Of a stretch of 64,000 nt of DNA, positions 40,409-53,000 are shown one piece after another. The first letter of the stretch is position 1, and every line of letters starts with the position of its first letter. The position numbers were made by a program, and so were the translations under genes. The stretch spans positions 6,076,001-6,140,000 of the forward strand of contig CATNEN010000002.1 in NCBI GenBank assembly GCA_950097015.1, read 5' to 3'. A model generated the notes under the pieces. It saw only the letters and a program-made list of their open reading frames with translations. It ran no database searches and had not been told where the DNA came from. This stretch comes from Macrostomum hystrix. Taxonomy: Eukaryota > Animalia > Platyhelminthes.

Positions 40409-41042
40409 AATAAAAAATTCAAATAAACGTCGGCAAATTTAGAATTAATTTTATTAGAAAAAGTAGTTAGTACGATAAAAAAATAGCTTATAAAAAGTTG
40501 GAATAAATAATAATTGAACTAGCAAAGTACGCGTATATTTAAATCGCTGAAAAATAGAAAACTGTTTCAAATGATTTCAGCGAAGTAGGGTGCATATTAT
40601 AACTTTTGAAAATAATGTTAAACCAGTCATTTGAGTAGTTAGGCTTAGCTGTTGGCTGAAAGAACAAGTTAAATTTTAAACGCAATCGAATAGAAACACG
40701 ATACGCAACACTGCAATGCTGTACTGGCAAATACACTTTATTAACGCACACGGAAATCAATTTTTAACATGATTTATGGTAATTATTAGGTAGGTGAAGA
40801 TAAATATCAAGGCTGGAGCTTCTGAATAGGATGGGAGCGAAAAAATATGGATAGGATGGGAGCCGATGAGTGCAGGTGCTAATTAATTACCAGGATTAGG
40901 CTAAGCAAGCACCATTTTTTAGGTGAGAAGCTAAGCAAATAATAAATAAAGCGACGAACACAACGACTGTGGCTAACGAAAAAAACGAAATAGTCCAGCC
41001 AATCAGCAAGTCAGCCAATCAGCAAGTCAGCCAATCAGCATA

Positions 41043-44000
41043 TCAGCCAATCAGCGATGGCAGGAAGTTCTCCTTGTCCTCGGGCACAGTAGGCGGTACG
41101 GCAACTGCTCCAGCATCGGCGCGATGACGGTGCTGATGAGAATCGTCATCAACGGGAGCCACGCCCACAGACTTCGCAGCCGAAGACGTCGGGGTAGTCG
41201 CCGACGACGAAGAAAACGAAACAGTGTGCTGACTGAGGGCGGCCACCAGTTCTTCGCCGACCCGACTCTTGCCTGAGCTGCCAGCTGCGGCGGCGCCGCC
41301 GACAACATCCGGCTCGGCCAGGCGGACCTGGCGCTCGTGATTGGCCAGCAGGCTGGTCAGGGCTGCCGCCCCGGCGTCTGGCGAGTCGCAGTGACGCAAC
41401 AGCAGCTCGGTGGTGTCCAGAGCCAGGTGGAGCAGCTTCTGGTTGGCCGACACCGCTGGCTGCCTGCCCAGCCTGTCAAATGGGCAGCAATGAGAGCAGG
41501 ATTTATAGCGTCATCCACCAAGACTCGAACACCGGATTAACAATTGATAATTTACAAAGTGCAACTTCATGACTTGCGATCCTAACTCATTAAAGAATTC
41601 TATTGACTCATCCGAGAATCCCCATTGACTCATCCAAGATTCCCAAGGACTCATCCCAGATTCGCATGGACTCATCCCATATTCCCATGGACTCATCCCA
41701 GATTCGCATGGACTCATCCCATATTCCCATGGACTCATCCAATATTCCCATGGACTCATCCAAGATTCGCATGGACTCATCCAAGATTCGCATGGACTCA
41801 TCCCAGATTTGCATGGACTCATCCAATATTCCCATGGACTCATCCCATATTCCCATGGACTCATCCAAGATTCCCATGGACTCATCCAAGACTCCCTAGG
41901 ACTCATCCAAGATCCCCATGAACTCATCTAAGATTCCCATGGACCCATCCAAGATTCGCATGGACTCATCCAAGATTACCATGGACTAATCCCAGAATCC
42001 CATGAACTCATCCCAGATTCGCATGGACTCATTCAAGATTCCCATGGACTCATCCAAGATTCCCATGGACTCATCCAAGATTCCCATGGACTCATCCAAG
42101 ATTCCCATGGACTTATCCCAGAATCCCATTGACTCATCCCATATCCCCACGGACTCATCCCAGATTCGCATGGACTCATCCAATAATCGACTCACTTCTT
42201 GCGCTCAATCTGGCCCAGCAGGGCGGCCCGTTCCTCCCGTCCGTAGGCGGCGCCGAGGTCCTCAGCGAATTGTTTCCAGTTGACCCGCAGCTTGGCCTGC
42301 AGCCGGTCGAAGGTGTCCAACAGGGACTCCAGGCACAGGTGTCGGCGGTCGCTCGGATTGACGCCGACCAGACGACGCAGCTGACGCCGCCAAGTGCCGG
42401 CTTCGTTGGTGTCGAGAAGGCCGGCGCAGAGCCAGTCCAAGCCGACGCCCAGGCCAGCTGGCAGGTTGTTGTGGGCTAGCCAGACCTGAGGTTTTTTAAG
42501 TTTCATATCAGCTTTAATAAGGAAGGGGTTGTAGCCTAGCGGTTAGGACGTCGGGCTTATGACTTGAGGGTCGGGGGTTCGATTCCTGACTCGAACTGGA
42601 ACTATTTGTGTGCTTTAGCAAGACACTTTACTCTGCAATGCTTTTTTTTCAGTTCACCCAGCTGTTAAATGGGTAGCAGCATTAGCTGGGGTAATTGAGG
42701 GTGGGTGTGGCGTCCCCCCAGTCCATGGACTGAACAGCCGTACGCAGTCTTTAGATGCGCAACAGCTGCGGCTGAGCTGTCAGCTGCACTTCTCGCCCAA
42801 TTAGGGGCAGGTGAAAACAATAAATTTTTTCAGGTCAGGTCAGGTGCTCGACTCCTAAGAACAAAGAGCTAGTCTTTATTTTACTTTATAGGTCACACCG
42901 AAGCTAGTAGTAGCATCTATAGGTCATGAGTTCGATTTTGAAAGACAGAAAAGTACATTCTAGCCTTAGCCTTGAATATCTGGCCCAACGGGGCTCTGTG
43001 ATTTCGATATCTCAATGCATTCAGATTGTCGTGATTCCTGTAGATCGTGAGTTCGAATCTTGACAAAAAATCTTACCTGCATAGCGGCCAGGTGGCCGAG
43101 ATTGCCAGGGCGCTGCAGCAGGGCTTCAACAGCCGCGCCTGGCTGTCCGAGCAGCAGCAGCAGCTGGGCGCGCAGCTCGTGCCGGCCGGCCTCGGCGCAG
43201 GCCTTGGCGTAGGCTTCTAGGGTGCGAGTTCGAATCGGGTCGGTGGGCATCAGGCGCAGATTGCACAGCAGCAGGGCCTGCGGGAAGAGACATTCCGGAT
43301 ATTATTCGGCCGCAGGATAAGCAGTAAAAAGTCAGTATCCCAGACTGCGGCTTACACAAAAAATTGAAATACGTACAGAAAAACTGACAGGCAAATAGAC
43401 AGAAAAGTTTTGTACAGCTGTTTATTGCTAATAATAATAATTGCATGAGGGCTGCGGACAATGGCACATCAATTAGTGACACTAGACCCGCAGCCAGCGA
43501 GGAGGCAATTCTGCCCATTTCGCTGACTCCTGAGCACACACGCACTCAGATACTGTAGGCAGGCACAAGCTCACACAGGTGTGTGTACATCTGCCCTGAC
43601 TTTTTCATCGTCAGGCAGAGTACATGTCACTGTGCCTTGGAGGTTGGCCCTCAAGGGAGTAAATTGACGACAAGCCCCCCCAAGCCTTCTCTCAGCGGCT
43701 GCGCCCCAAATGAATGTGGCCTCAACGCGGAATCGAGCGTAAGGACCATGGTGCGAGAGGCAAACGCGTTAACGCTCTGCCACTCAGCTCCTGTGTACAC
43801 ATACAGACAGACAGGCAGACAGACAGGCAGACAGACAGACAGGCAGACAGACAGGCAGGCAGACAGAAACAGACAAGGGGCATCCTGCACAGACCTCCCT
43901 AGCCTTGCCGGCAGTCAGCAGGCAGTCCACCGCGGCCTCGGTGCGCCGGGCGGCCAGCAGGTAGGCGGCGGCCAGGTGCGAATCGCCGCATCGGCGCAGG

Positions 44001-47000
44001 CCATCGGCTTTGGCAACGGCGACGCTGGCGTCCAAATCAGGGGCGGAGGCGGCGGCCAAGCAGCTGACGGCCACGAGCCAGTCGGGCAGGAAGCCGGACG
44101 CGGTGGCCTCCTGTGATATCGTGTTAGATGTACTTTTTAAAAATGTACTTTTAAATTAGCATCAAATCACAAGCTGTCAATCACCTGAACAGCGCGCTGC
44201 ATCCTGCCGGACCAGACCAGCAGCAGCAGGTAATTGTCCAGGTGTCCCAGCCGCAGCAGTCGACGCAGTTCCTTGTCGACAAGGCGAGCCGAATGCGGCC
44301 GGGGCAGCAGCGCCAGCAGGTTGTCCGGCAGGGCGTCGGTTGATTCAACGGCCGGAACAGCATCGCCGGCTGCTGAGGGCCGTCCGGCCAGCAGATGCGC
44401 CAGGAGGGCGGCGAAATCTGCCAGCCTGGCATCCTCGGCGCCGTTGGCAGCGCGCGCGTTCTCGGCCCGACCGGAGCGCGGGAACAGCGCCGGGCGCCGA
44501 CGCGCCGGGTCCGAGCCGTGGGCGCCACGTCGGAGGGCGACGTCGGCCAGAGTGGCCGGGCCAGCGGCGTCGGCGGCCTCGTCGTTGTCCTCGACGACGC
44601 TAATTGAAGAAGCCGCCGGCTCCTTCTCGGTGGCGCTTGGCCGACGAACGAACTGGGTGGGTGCGGCCAGCGATGGCTGGGCCGGGCTTGCCTTGGCCTG
44701 CGGAGGGGGTGCGGCAGAGGGTTGACCTGTTTGTCCCTTGCACCAAGGTCCTGAGTTCGAATCCGCGGCGAGGCTACATATATCTGGGGCGCAGCCGCGG
44801 AGAGAAGGCTTTGGGGGCTTGTCGTGCAATTTACGCCCTTGAGGGCCAACCCTTAAGGCACAGTGAGAGTGTACACTGCCTGACGATGAGAAGTCAGGGC
44901 AGATGTACACACCTGTGTGAGCGTATGCCTGCGTACAGTATCTGTGTGCGAGTGTTCTCATCACTGGGACTAGTTGATACTAGTTGAACAAAAGGGAAAT
45001 GGGATTTCACAGACTGGGATTTGTGAAATACTCACAGTCAGCTCTCGCTTCTTCTGCTCCACCAGACGCAGCAGATCCTCGAGTTCCAGATCTTCAACGC
45101 TGGCATTCAGCTGTGCAGTCACCGCGGCGCCGCTCTCAGATTTGGAATCGGCCGCGGCTTCGTCAGCCAGATCGGCATTGTCGTCGTCTTCGACGGCGCG
45201 CGCCAGGACGCCGTGCGGCAGCGGCGGCCGGTACTGGCGCCCGGAGGTTGGCGGAGATTTCCGAGTCAGACTGGAGACTAGCCAGGCTAGCAGGCAGTGA
45301 TCTTCGCTGCCGCTCAGGCACACGTCTGGATCACCGGCGGACCACTGGACAGTGTAGATCTTGCCAGCGTGGCCGGCGAAGTTGGCCAGGTGGTCGCCAG
45401 TGCGAGCGTTCCACACCTGGACTGTGCCGTCGAACGAGCCGGAGAGCAGGTGATGCGGATTGTGCGGACTCCAGCTCAGGGCGGTAATGCGCTCGCGATG
45501 GCCCTGGGAATTGTGGATATGAGTAGAGCATAATACTTGAGCACATCACTAACACATGTATAGCTTCCAGTGACCCAGTTCACCACACCTTCAGGTGACC
45601 GAGTTCACTACACCTTCAGGTGACCCAGTTCACTACACCTTCAGGTGACCCAGTTCACTACACCTTCAGGTAGCCCAGCTCACTACACCTTCAGGTAGCC
45701 CAGCTCACTACACCTTCAGGTGACCCAGTTCACTACACCTTCAGGTAGCCCAGCTCACTACACCTTCAGGTGACCCAGTTCACTACACCTTCAGGTGACC
45801 CAGTTCACTACACCTTCAGGTAGCCCAGCTCACTACACCTTCAGGTGACCCAGTTTACTACACATTCAGGTAGCCCAGCTCACTACACATTCAGGTGACC
45901 GAGTTCACTACACATTCAGGTAGGCCAGCTCACTACACCTTCAGGTGACCCAGTTTACTACACATTCAGGTAGCCCAGTTCACTACACCTTCAGGTGACC
46001 GAGTTCACTACACCTTCAGGTGACCCAGCTCACTACACCTTCAGGTGACCGAGTTCACTACACCTTCAGGTAGCCCAGCTCACTACACCTTCAGGTAGGC
46101 CAGCTCACTACATCCTTAGGTGACCCAGTTCACTACACCTTCAGGTAGCCCAGCTCACTACACCTTCAGGTGACCCAGTTTACTACACATTCAGGTAGCC
46201 CAGCTCACTACACCTTCAGGTGACCGAGTTCACTACACCTTCAGGTAGCCCAGCTCACTACACCTTCAGGTGACCCAGTTTACTACACATTCAGGTAGCC
46301 CAGTTCACTACACCTTCAGGTGACCGAGTTCACTACACCTTCAGGTGACCCAGTTCACTACACATTCAGGTGACCCAGCTCACTACACCTTCAGGTGACC
46401 CAGTTTACTACACATTCAGGTAGCCCAGCTCACTACACCTTCAGGTGACCGAGTTCACTACACCTTCAGGTAGCCCAGCTCACTACACCTTCAGGTAGGC
46501 CAGCTCACTACATCCTTAGGTGACCCAGTTCACTACACATTCAGGTGACCCAGTTCACTACACCTTCAGGTGACCCAGTTCACTACACCTTCAGGTAGGC
46601 CAGCTCACTACACCTTCAGGTAGGCCAGCTCACTACATCCTTAGGTGACCCAGTTCACTACACATTCAGGTGACCCAGTTCACTACACCTTCAGGTAGCC
46701 CAGCTCACTACACCTCCAGGTGACCCAGTTCACTACACCTTCAGGGTTACCACTACAGCACAAGCTTCACCAAGGTTAGGTAAGGTAGAGCAACCTTCAA
46801 AGTAATCATCGGCTCGGAGATCTCAACGCAGGAAGCGCCGGAGCCAACAGCAACTCCAGTATCCACAAGGAAGATTATGGGACTGTTGGTGCCAATGGCC
46901 AGCCAGTTGCGGCATTCGTCCGAGTATCCCGGATGCCAGGCCATGGCGTTGACAATCTTGCGGCTGAACATAGCCCTGGCTCGCAGAGTAGGAGACCTGA

Positions 47001-50000
47001 CATGAGGGGGCCAATCGAAGATTTCCACCAGGCCGGATTCGTTGCCAACAGCGAGCTGGCTGAAGTCTGGCTTAAACTGGGCGTCGGACCGATTACGGTG
47101 CCGGTTTTTGACCGAGGTCTCCACCGGGTGCGGCATCGGCGGACCGCCTGGGCGAGGGTGCGGGGGCGGATACTTCTCGATTCGTTGTCACTTCACTACT
47201 ACTACATAGGTCTAACGCGTTTGCCTCTCGCACCAAGGTCCCTGCGCTCGATTCCGCCTCGAGGCCATAAACTAAACTCTCTTGCTGAGTGTCTACAGTC
47301 ACAAAATGATGTGACCAGCGGCCACAACCCTGAAAATATTATTATTATCCCCTAGAATTATTCAGCAGTATAATGACTCTTCTAAGAATCCCATTGAATC
47401 ATCTAAGAATCCCATTGAATCATCTAAGAATCCCATTGACTCATCTAAGAATCCCATTGACTCTTCTAAGAATCCCATTGACTCATCTAAGAATCCCATT
47501 GAATCATCTAAGAATCCCATTGACTCATCTAAGAATCCCATTGAATCATCTAAGAATCCCATTGACTCTTCTAAGAATCCCATTGAATCATCTAAGAATC
47601 CCATTGACTCATCTAAGAATCCCATTGAATCATCTAAGAATCCCATTGACTCTTCTAAGAATCCCATTGAATCATCTAAGAATCCCATTGACTCTTCTAA
47701 GAATCCCATTGAATCATCTAAGAATCCCATTGAATCATCTAAGAATCCCATTGACTCTTCTAAGAATCCCATTGAATCATCTAAGAATCCCATTGAATCA
47801 TCTGAGAATCCCATTGAATCATCTAAGAATCCCATTGACTCATTTAAGAATCCTATTGAATCGTCTAAGAATCCCATTGAATCATCTAAGAATCCCATTG
47901 AATCATCTAAGAATCCCTGACTGATTTAAGAATCCCATTGAATCATCTGAGAATGCTCGCACCGGCGGGACACAGTGCCTGTGAGGTATGAGTCAGACCA
48001 GGCCCACGGGCTAAGGTCTGCGATGCCTCACACCTGCAGTCGCTTTTTGAGCAGGCTTGGCAGGAAGGAGACCTGTGCCTTCGGGTGCAGGAATCCCTCC
48101 ACGCTGTCCCGTCAGCTGACCCATGGGTACACGCCCCGCGAGTGTTCAAGGCTGCCCCTAGGGCAGCCGGACAGAATGGGCAACAGCGCTGGATGACCCA
48201 TCCAGGGCCTCTGGCCAAACTGGGTACCTCTAGCCCCGGCTGGAGGGAAAGGTGCCACCCTTTGACCTTAACAGGGTATGCGGCCAGTCCGCAACGTTCG
48301 TGCACCTGTGCGTGATCAGGTACCTCTGGCTACGGCTCTGAGGGAAAGGTGTCACCCATTGACCTTAACAGGGTATGCGGCCAGTCCGCAGTTTTTCGTG
48401 CACCTGTGCGTGATCAGGTACCTCTGGCTACGGCTCTGAGGGAAAGGTGTCACCCATTGACCTTAACAGGGTATGCGGCCAGTCCGCAGCTTCGTGCACC
48501 TGTGCGTGATCAGGTACCTCTGGCTACGGCTCTGAGGGAAAGGTGTCACCCTTTGACCTTAACAGGGTATGCGGCCAGTCCGCAGCTTCGTGCACCTGTG
48601 CGTGATCAGGTACCTCTGGCTACGGCTCTGAGGAAATGGTGTTACCCTTTGACCTTAACAGGGTATGCGGCCAGTCCGCAGCTTCGTGCACCTGTGCGTG
48701 ATCAGGTACCTCTGGCTACGGCTCTGAGGAAATGGTACTACCCTTTGACCCTAACAGGGTATGCGGCCAGTCCGCAGGCCTCGGTACCGGCCTTTTGGTA
48801 CCCTCTAATGTCCCCAGTGCATCCGTGCTGCTGGGCTTTGCCGGACTTCAGTCCGCGCTTTGGTTGGGGAGTATTCCAGCCGCTAACGGTGCCTTTTTGC
48901 TGCTCCCGGCTGGCTTGGGGTGTCGGCCAGTCGGGCTTTTCTCACTCGTGTAACGAGCAGCCCCCCACCTGCTTTTCAGCCATGGCCTCGCCCATCTCTT
49001 CTTTCGAAACCGAGCTAAACTCGGCCGCTCCGGACGCTGCCACTGGCAGGTCCCACGTCCTCGGTGCAGCTGGTGGGACTGAGAATCCCGCCACTGAAAT
49101 CGTCGACCAGAATAAACGCAACCCGAGCCGCAAGCGCTCGGAGGAAGCGCGTGTAAGGCGCAACCAGAAGCGCAACGAACGCCGCCGTAATGCTGCGGCG
49201 GCCGCGACTGGTGGGCGCCCGACACCTGCACACGAGGCGGGTGCGAAAGATGCGGCAGGGCCACCTGGATCCGCCGCCCCCCCCCACCGCCGCTCCGGCC
49301 AGCACCATCTCCAAGGCCGGCACCGACGCCGACGGAAAGAGCGTGGAAGGCGCAGCAGGGCCATCTGGAGCCGCCGCCCCCACCGCCATCACGGCCACCA
49401 CCACCCACAAGGCCGGCACGTCCAACGCCAGCAAGGCCAAGGAGACCTATGCCTCCAAAGCCAAGCGGGAGCCTGTCCAGCCGGCGATCATTGTGGTCGG
49501 CGAGGAACAGGACCTCTCAAACGAGCAGCTCAAAAGCATGCTCAGGACCATCGACGAGGGCCTCACGGACCTGGCACTGGCAGGGACACCAGTCAGCGTT
49601 GTCAGGTCCGAAGCGCAGGAGGGGGCTGTCCTCCTCTGGTGCAAATCGGCGGGGGATAGCCGCCTACTGCGCGATCGGATCAAAGACTTCAAGTGGGGCA
49701 CCGATGTCGGAAGACTGAGGTGCACCACCGAGTCCGAGCGTCCACGGACCCGACGTCATCGTGTCTGGGTCCCCGACGCCTGCTCAATCCGGTCCGGGGA
49801 CCAACTTCGGCAGCTGCTGCTGAAGATGAACCCGGACCTCCCAGCCTCCGGGCTGATCTGCCACGAAACCGTCCGCAAAGAAGCGGAGGGTTTCACGGCG
49901 ATCTACGGCTTCTCCGAAGCCTGGTCCAAAAGGATCCCTCACAAGAGCGTAATCAAACCGGGACTCTACCCGCTGACCATCCTGGATTGTCAGGAGAGGA

Positions 50001-53000
50001 AGGCCGGGGAGGGATCGGAAAATAAGCGGGCCGCTCCTGGCTCTGGGGCGAAAGCTCCGCCAGCTAAGCGGCATGCAACGTCCGCGGACCCCCGCCCGGG
50101 CAAAAATATCCGCATCGCCGAATCCGGCCCCCGAGATCGTAGACCAGCCCGCAACAACCGCAAATCGGGCCTGGTCTTGCGGGCGCTCAGCGAAGCCCGA
50201 GCGCTCAGAGAGCACCTGGAGCGCTCCCGCGCTACAAAAGCGCAAACCTCCCTTCCTCCCAGCCAGCCGCAAAGTGCCGGGACCCACGGAGCGGTGGCCA
50301 CCGACTGGTCTGAGGATCCCCCTCACCGGAAGGAGGCTGCCATCCACACGGACCCGACCCCCGAGGGCGAGGCGTCGAGTGACGGCAGCGACTGCACCGT
50401 TGTTGGGTGGAGCGGCCGGGACACGCAACGGTCAGAGCAGCAGCTCTCCGCAGCGATTCCCGCCGTTCCCTCCACAGCGGTTGCGGGCGCGCCGCTACTC
50501 ATGGAGGTCTGCAGCCCGACCCCGTCTGAGGAGGACGAGCTGCTCAAGGAGACTCCCGCTGGACCATGATCGGCCACACTGGGATCACCTGCCTGCAGGT
50601 TAACCTGCAACACTGCATAGCTGCATCCGTCAATCTGATGCGCTATGTCGAGCTCAACATGCCGGGTCTCATCCTCGTCCAGGAGCCGTGGACTCATAAA
50701 GGTAAGCCTCAAAATGTACCCAATGGGTATCACTGCCTCTACAACAGCCGTCACTGGGAGAACCAAACTCCCAGGGCGTGCATCCTCGTGAGAAACTCCC
50801 TCAACGCCTGGCACAGACCCGACCTTTCTGATCGGGACACCTGTGTCATCCAGACGGAGAACATCCTCCCAGGAAAAACCGTCTTAATCGCCTCGGTTTA
50901 CTTACCGGGCGACAGGCCGGCAGTCCCTGAGGAGCTGATCTCTCTGATTGAAACCTGCGCTGCCAAAAACTATGAGCTCATAGTGGCTGGCGATATTAAC
51001 GCCCACCACACCCACTGGGGGAGCTCTGACATTAACTCGAGAGGCGAGGACCTCCTTGCCTACATCTTAACCACGTCCCTGGAGTTCTGCAACACAGGGA
51101 GCACCCCGACCTTTGACAATGGCCGGTGGTCTGAGGTCATCGACGCCACTCTAGCCACACCTGGGCTTTACCAGAGCCTTAGGGAGTGGCAGGTTCTGCC
51201 GGAGACCTCCCTCTCCGATCACAAATACATCTCTTTCCAACTGGCGGGTGCACGCTGCACTAACCAGATCACTTGGAAAAGGAACGCTAGGAATACCGAT
51301 TGGGAAGCCTTCAGGCATAACCTCGAAGGAACCCAACGAAACCTAAGCCCCCCCGCCAACACCTGCGATGAAGCGGATGAGCTAGCTGAGTTTCTCACCA
51401 ACTCGCTGACCACCGCCTTCGAGGCCTCCTGCCCCCTCAAAGCTTACAGAGGCAAAACTTCGGCCCCATGGTGGAATCCGCAGCTCGGCGAGCTCCGTCG
51501 AACGGCGAAGCGGCTGCACCGCAGGGCCACGAAGACAAAAAACCCGGCTGATCAGGCTGCGTATCTCGAAGCCATCCATAGCTTCAAGAAGGAAGTCAGA
51601 AACGCCAAAAACAGCAAGTGGCGGCAATACTGTGAGGAGCTTGAGGGCACTCGCCCCACCTCCAGAATTGTCAAAGCCCTCACGCTGGACAAAATGTCCA
51701 AGCTTTCGACGGTGAGGAAGGCCGATGGCCGACCCACCGAGAACCCTGGGGAAACGCTCGACACTATGCTCACAGCCTTTTTCCCCAGCGTGCCAGCAGG
51801 GACAGACCCCCCGGATCACACCGAGGGAGGTCATATCCTTGCGACGTCCATCATTACTGAAGACCGGGTTACCAAGGCAGCCCAGTCTTTCAAACCCTTC
51901 AAATCCCCGGGGCCGGACGGCATCATACCAGCCTTCATCCGCGAGGCGGTAAAATGCCATGGCTTCCTCACTAATCTTTGCAAGCTCCTTAAGGCCTGCA
52001 TTGTGCTTGGGTATGTTCCGAAGGCATGGACCGAGGCGAGGGTGGTTTTTATCCCCAAGCCAGGCCGCCCGGACTACCATTCCATTAAATCGTTTCGGCC
52101 AATTAGCCTTACCTCCACCATGGTCAAACTGATGGAGAGATTGGTGCTCTGGCGCCTCCTCTCTGTGGAGCTGAAAAATATGCCACTAAGCGGCAATCAA
52201 CACGCCTTTCGGTCGGGACGTTCCACCGAAAGCGCTCTCCACGCTCTGGTGGACGCTCTGGAAAAGGCCGTCCTCGGGAACGGCTTTGCCCTGAGCATCT
52301 TCCTGGATATTGACGGGGCCTTCGACAACGTTCTCTTCGAGGCGTTTGACAGGGCCCTACGTATGCGGCACACGCATTCGCATCTTAGGAGGTGGATCAT
52401 GTACATGGTCCGCCACCGCACTGCTACGGCACACCTTCTTGGACACCAGCGGACGGTCACTGTCTGCAAAGGTTGCCCACAAGGCGGCGTCCTCTCACCA
52501 GTTCTCTGGAACATGGTTATCGACGAGCTCTTACGAGACTCTCAGCCAGACCCCATCCTAAAGGTCGGCTATGCGGATGATGTTACGGCAGTGGCATCTG
52601 GCCCGGTACCAGAGGCCCTCCGAGACCTTCTGCAAAACTTTATCAACAACGCCGAAAGATGGGCAACTCGCTGCGGTCTGAAGCTCTCCGAGTCTAAGAC
52701 AGCGGCGATCATGTTCACCAGCAAAAACAAATGGCATATTCGCCCCCTGCAGCTGTATGGAAAGGACATCACCTTCCAGAAGCAAACTAAATGCCTGGGC
52801 ATAACGCTCGATCACAGGCTCAGCTGGACTCCTCATGTCCATGCCAAAGCCAAAAAGGCCTTTGCGATCCTGGCGCAGCTGCGCAGGGCGGTGGGCAACA
52901 CGTGGGGTCTCACCCCCAAACGCCTATGGTGGATCTACACTGCTATGGTCAGGCCGGCTGTCTCGTACGCCGGACTGATCTGGGCTAGTGCCCTTCAGCT

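Noticed and set aside
44875-44905. Hammerhead-like CUGACGA in SINE family B
   Set aside because: No stem II, no GAAA, and stem I does not close after the GUC; it folds better as a simple hairpin.
48095-48113. Alternative HDV L3 (UCCACGCU)
   Set aside because: The flanking P3 cannot pair; the fold using L3 at 48128-48134 satisfies all elements.
48625-48735. CUGAGGA in some 96-bp monomers as a hammerhead core
   Set aside because: No stem II/GAAA arrangement, and the motif is not conserved in the other units.
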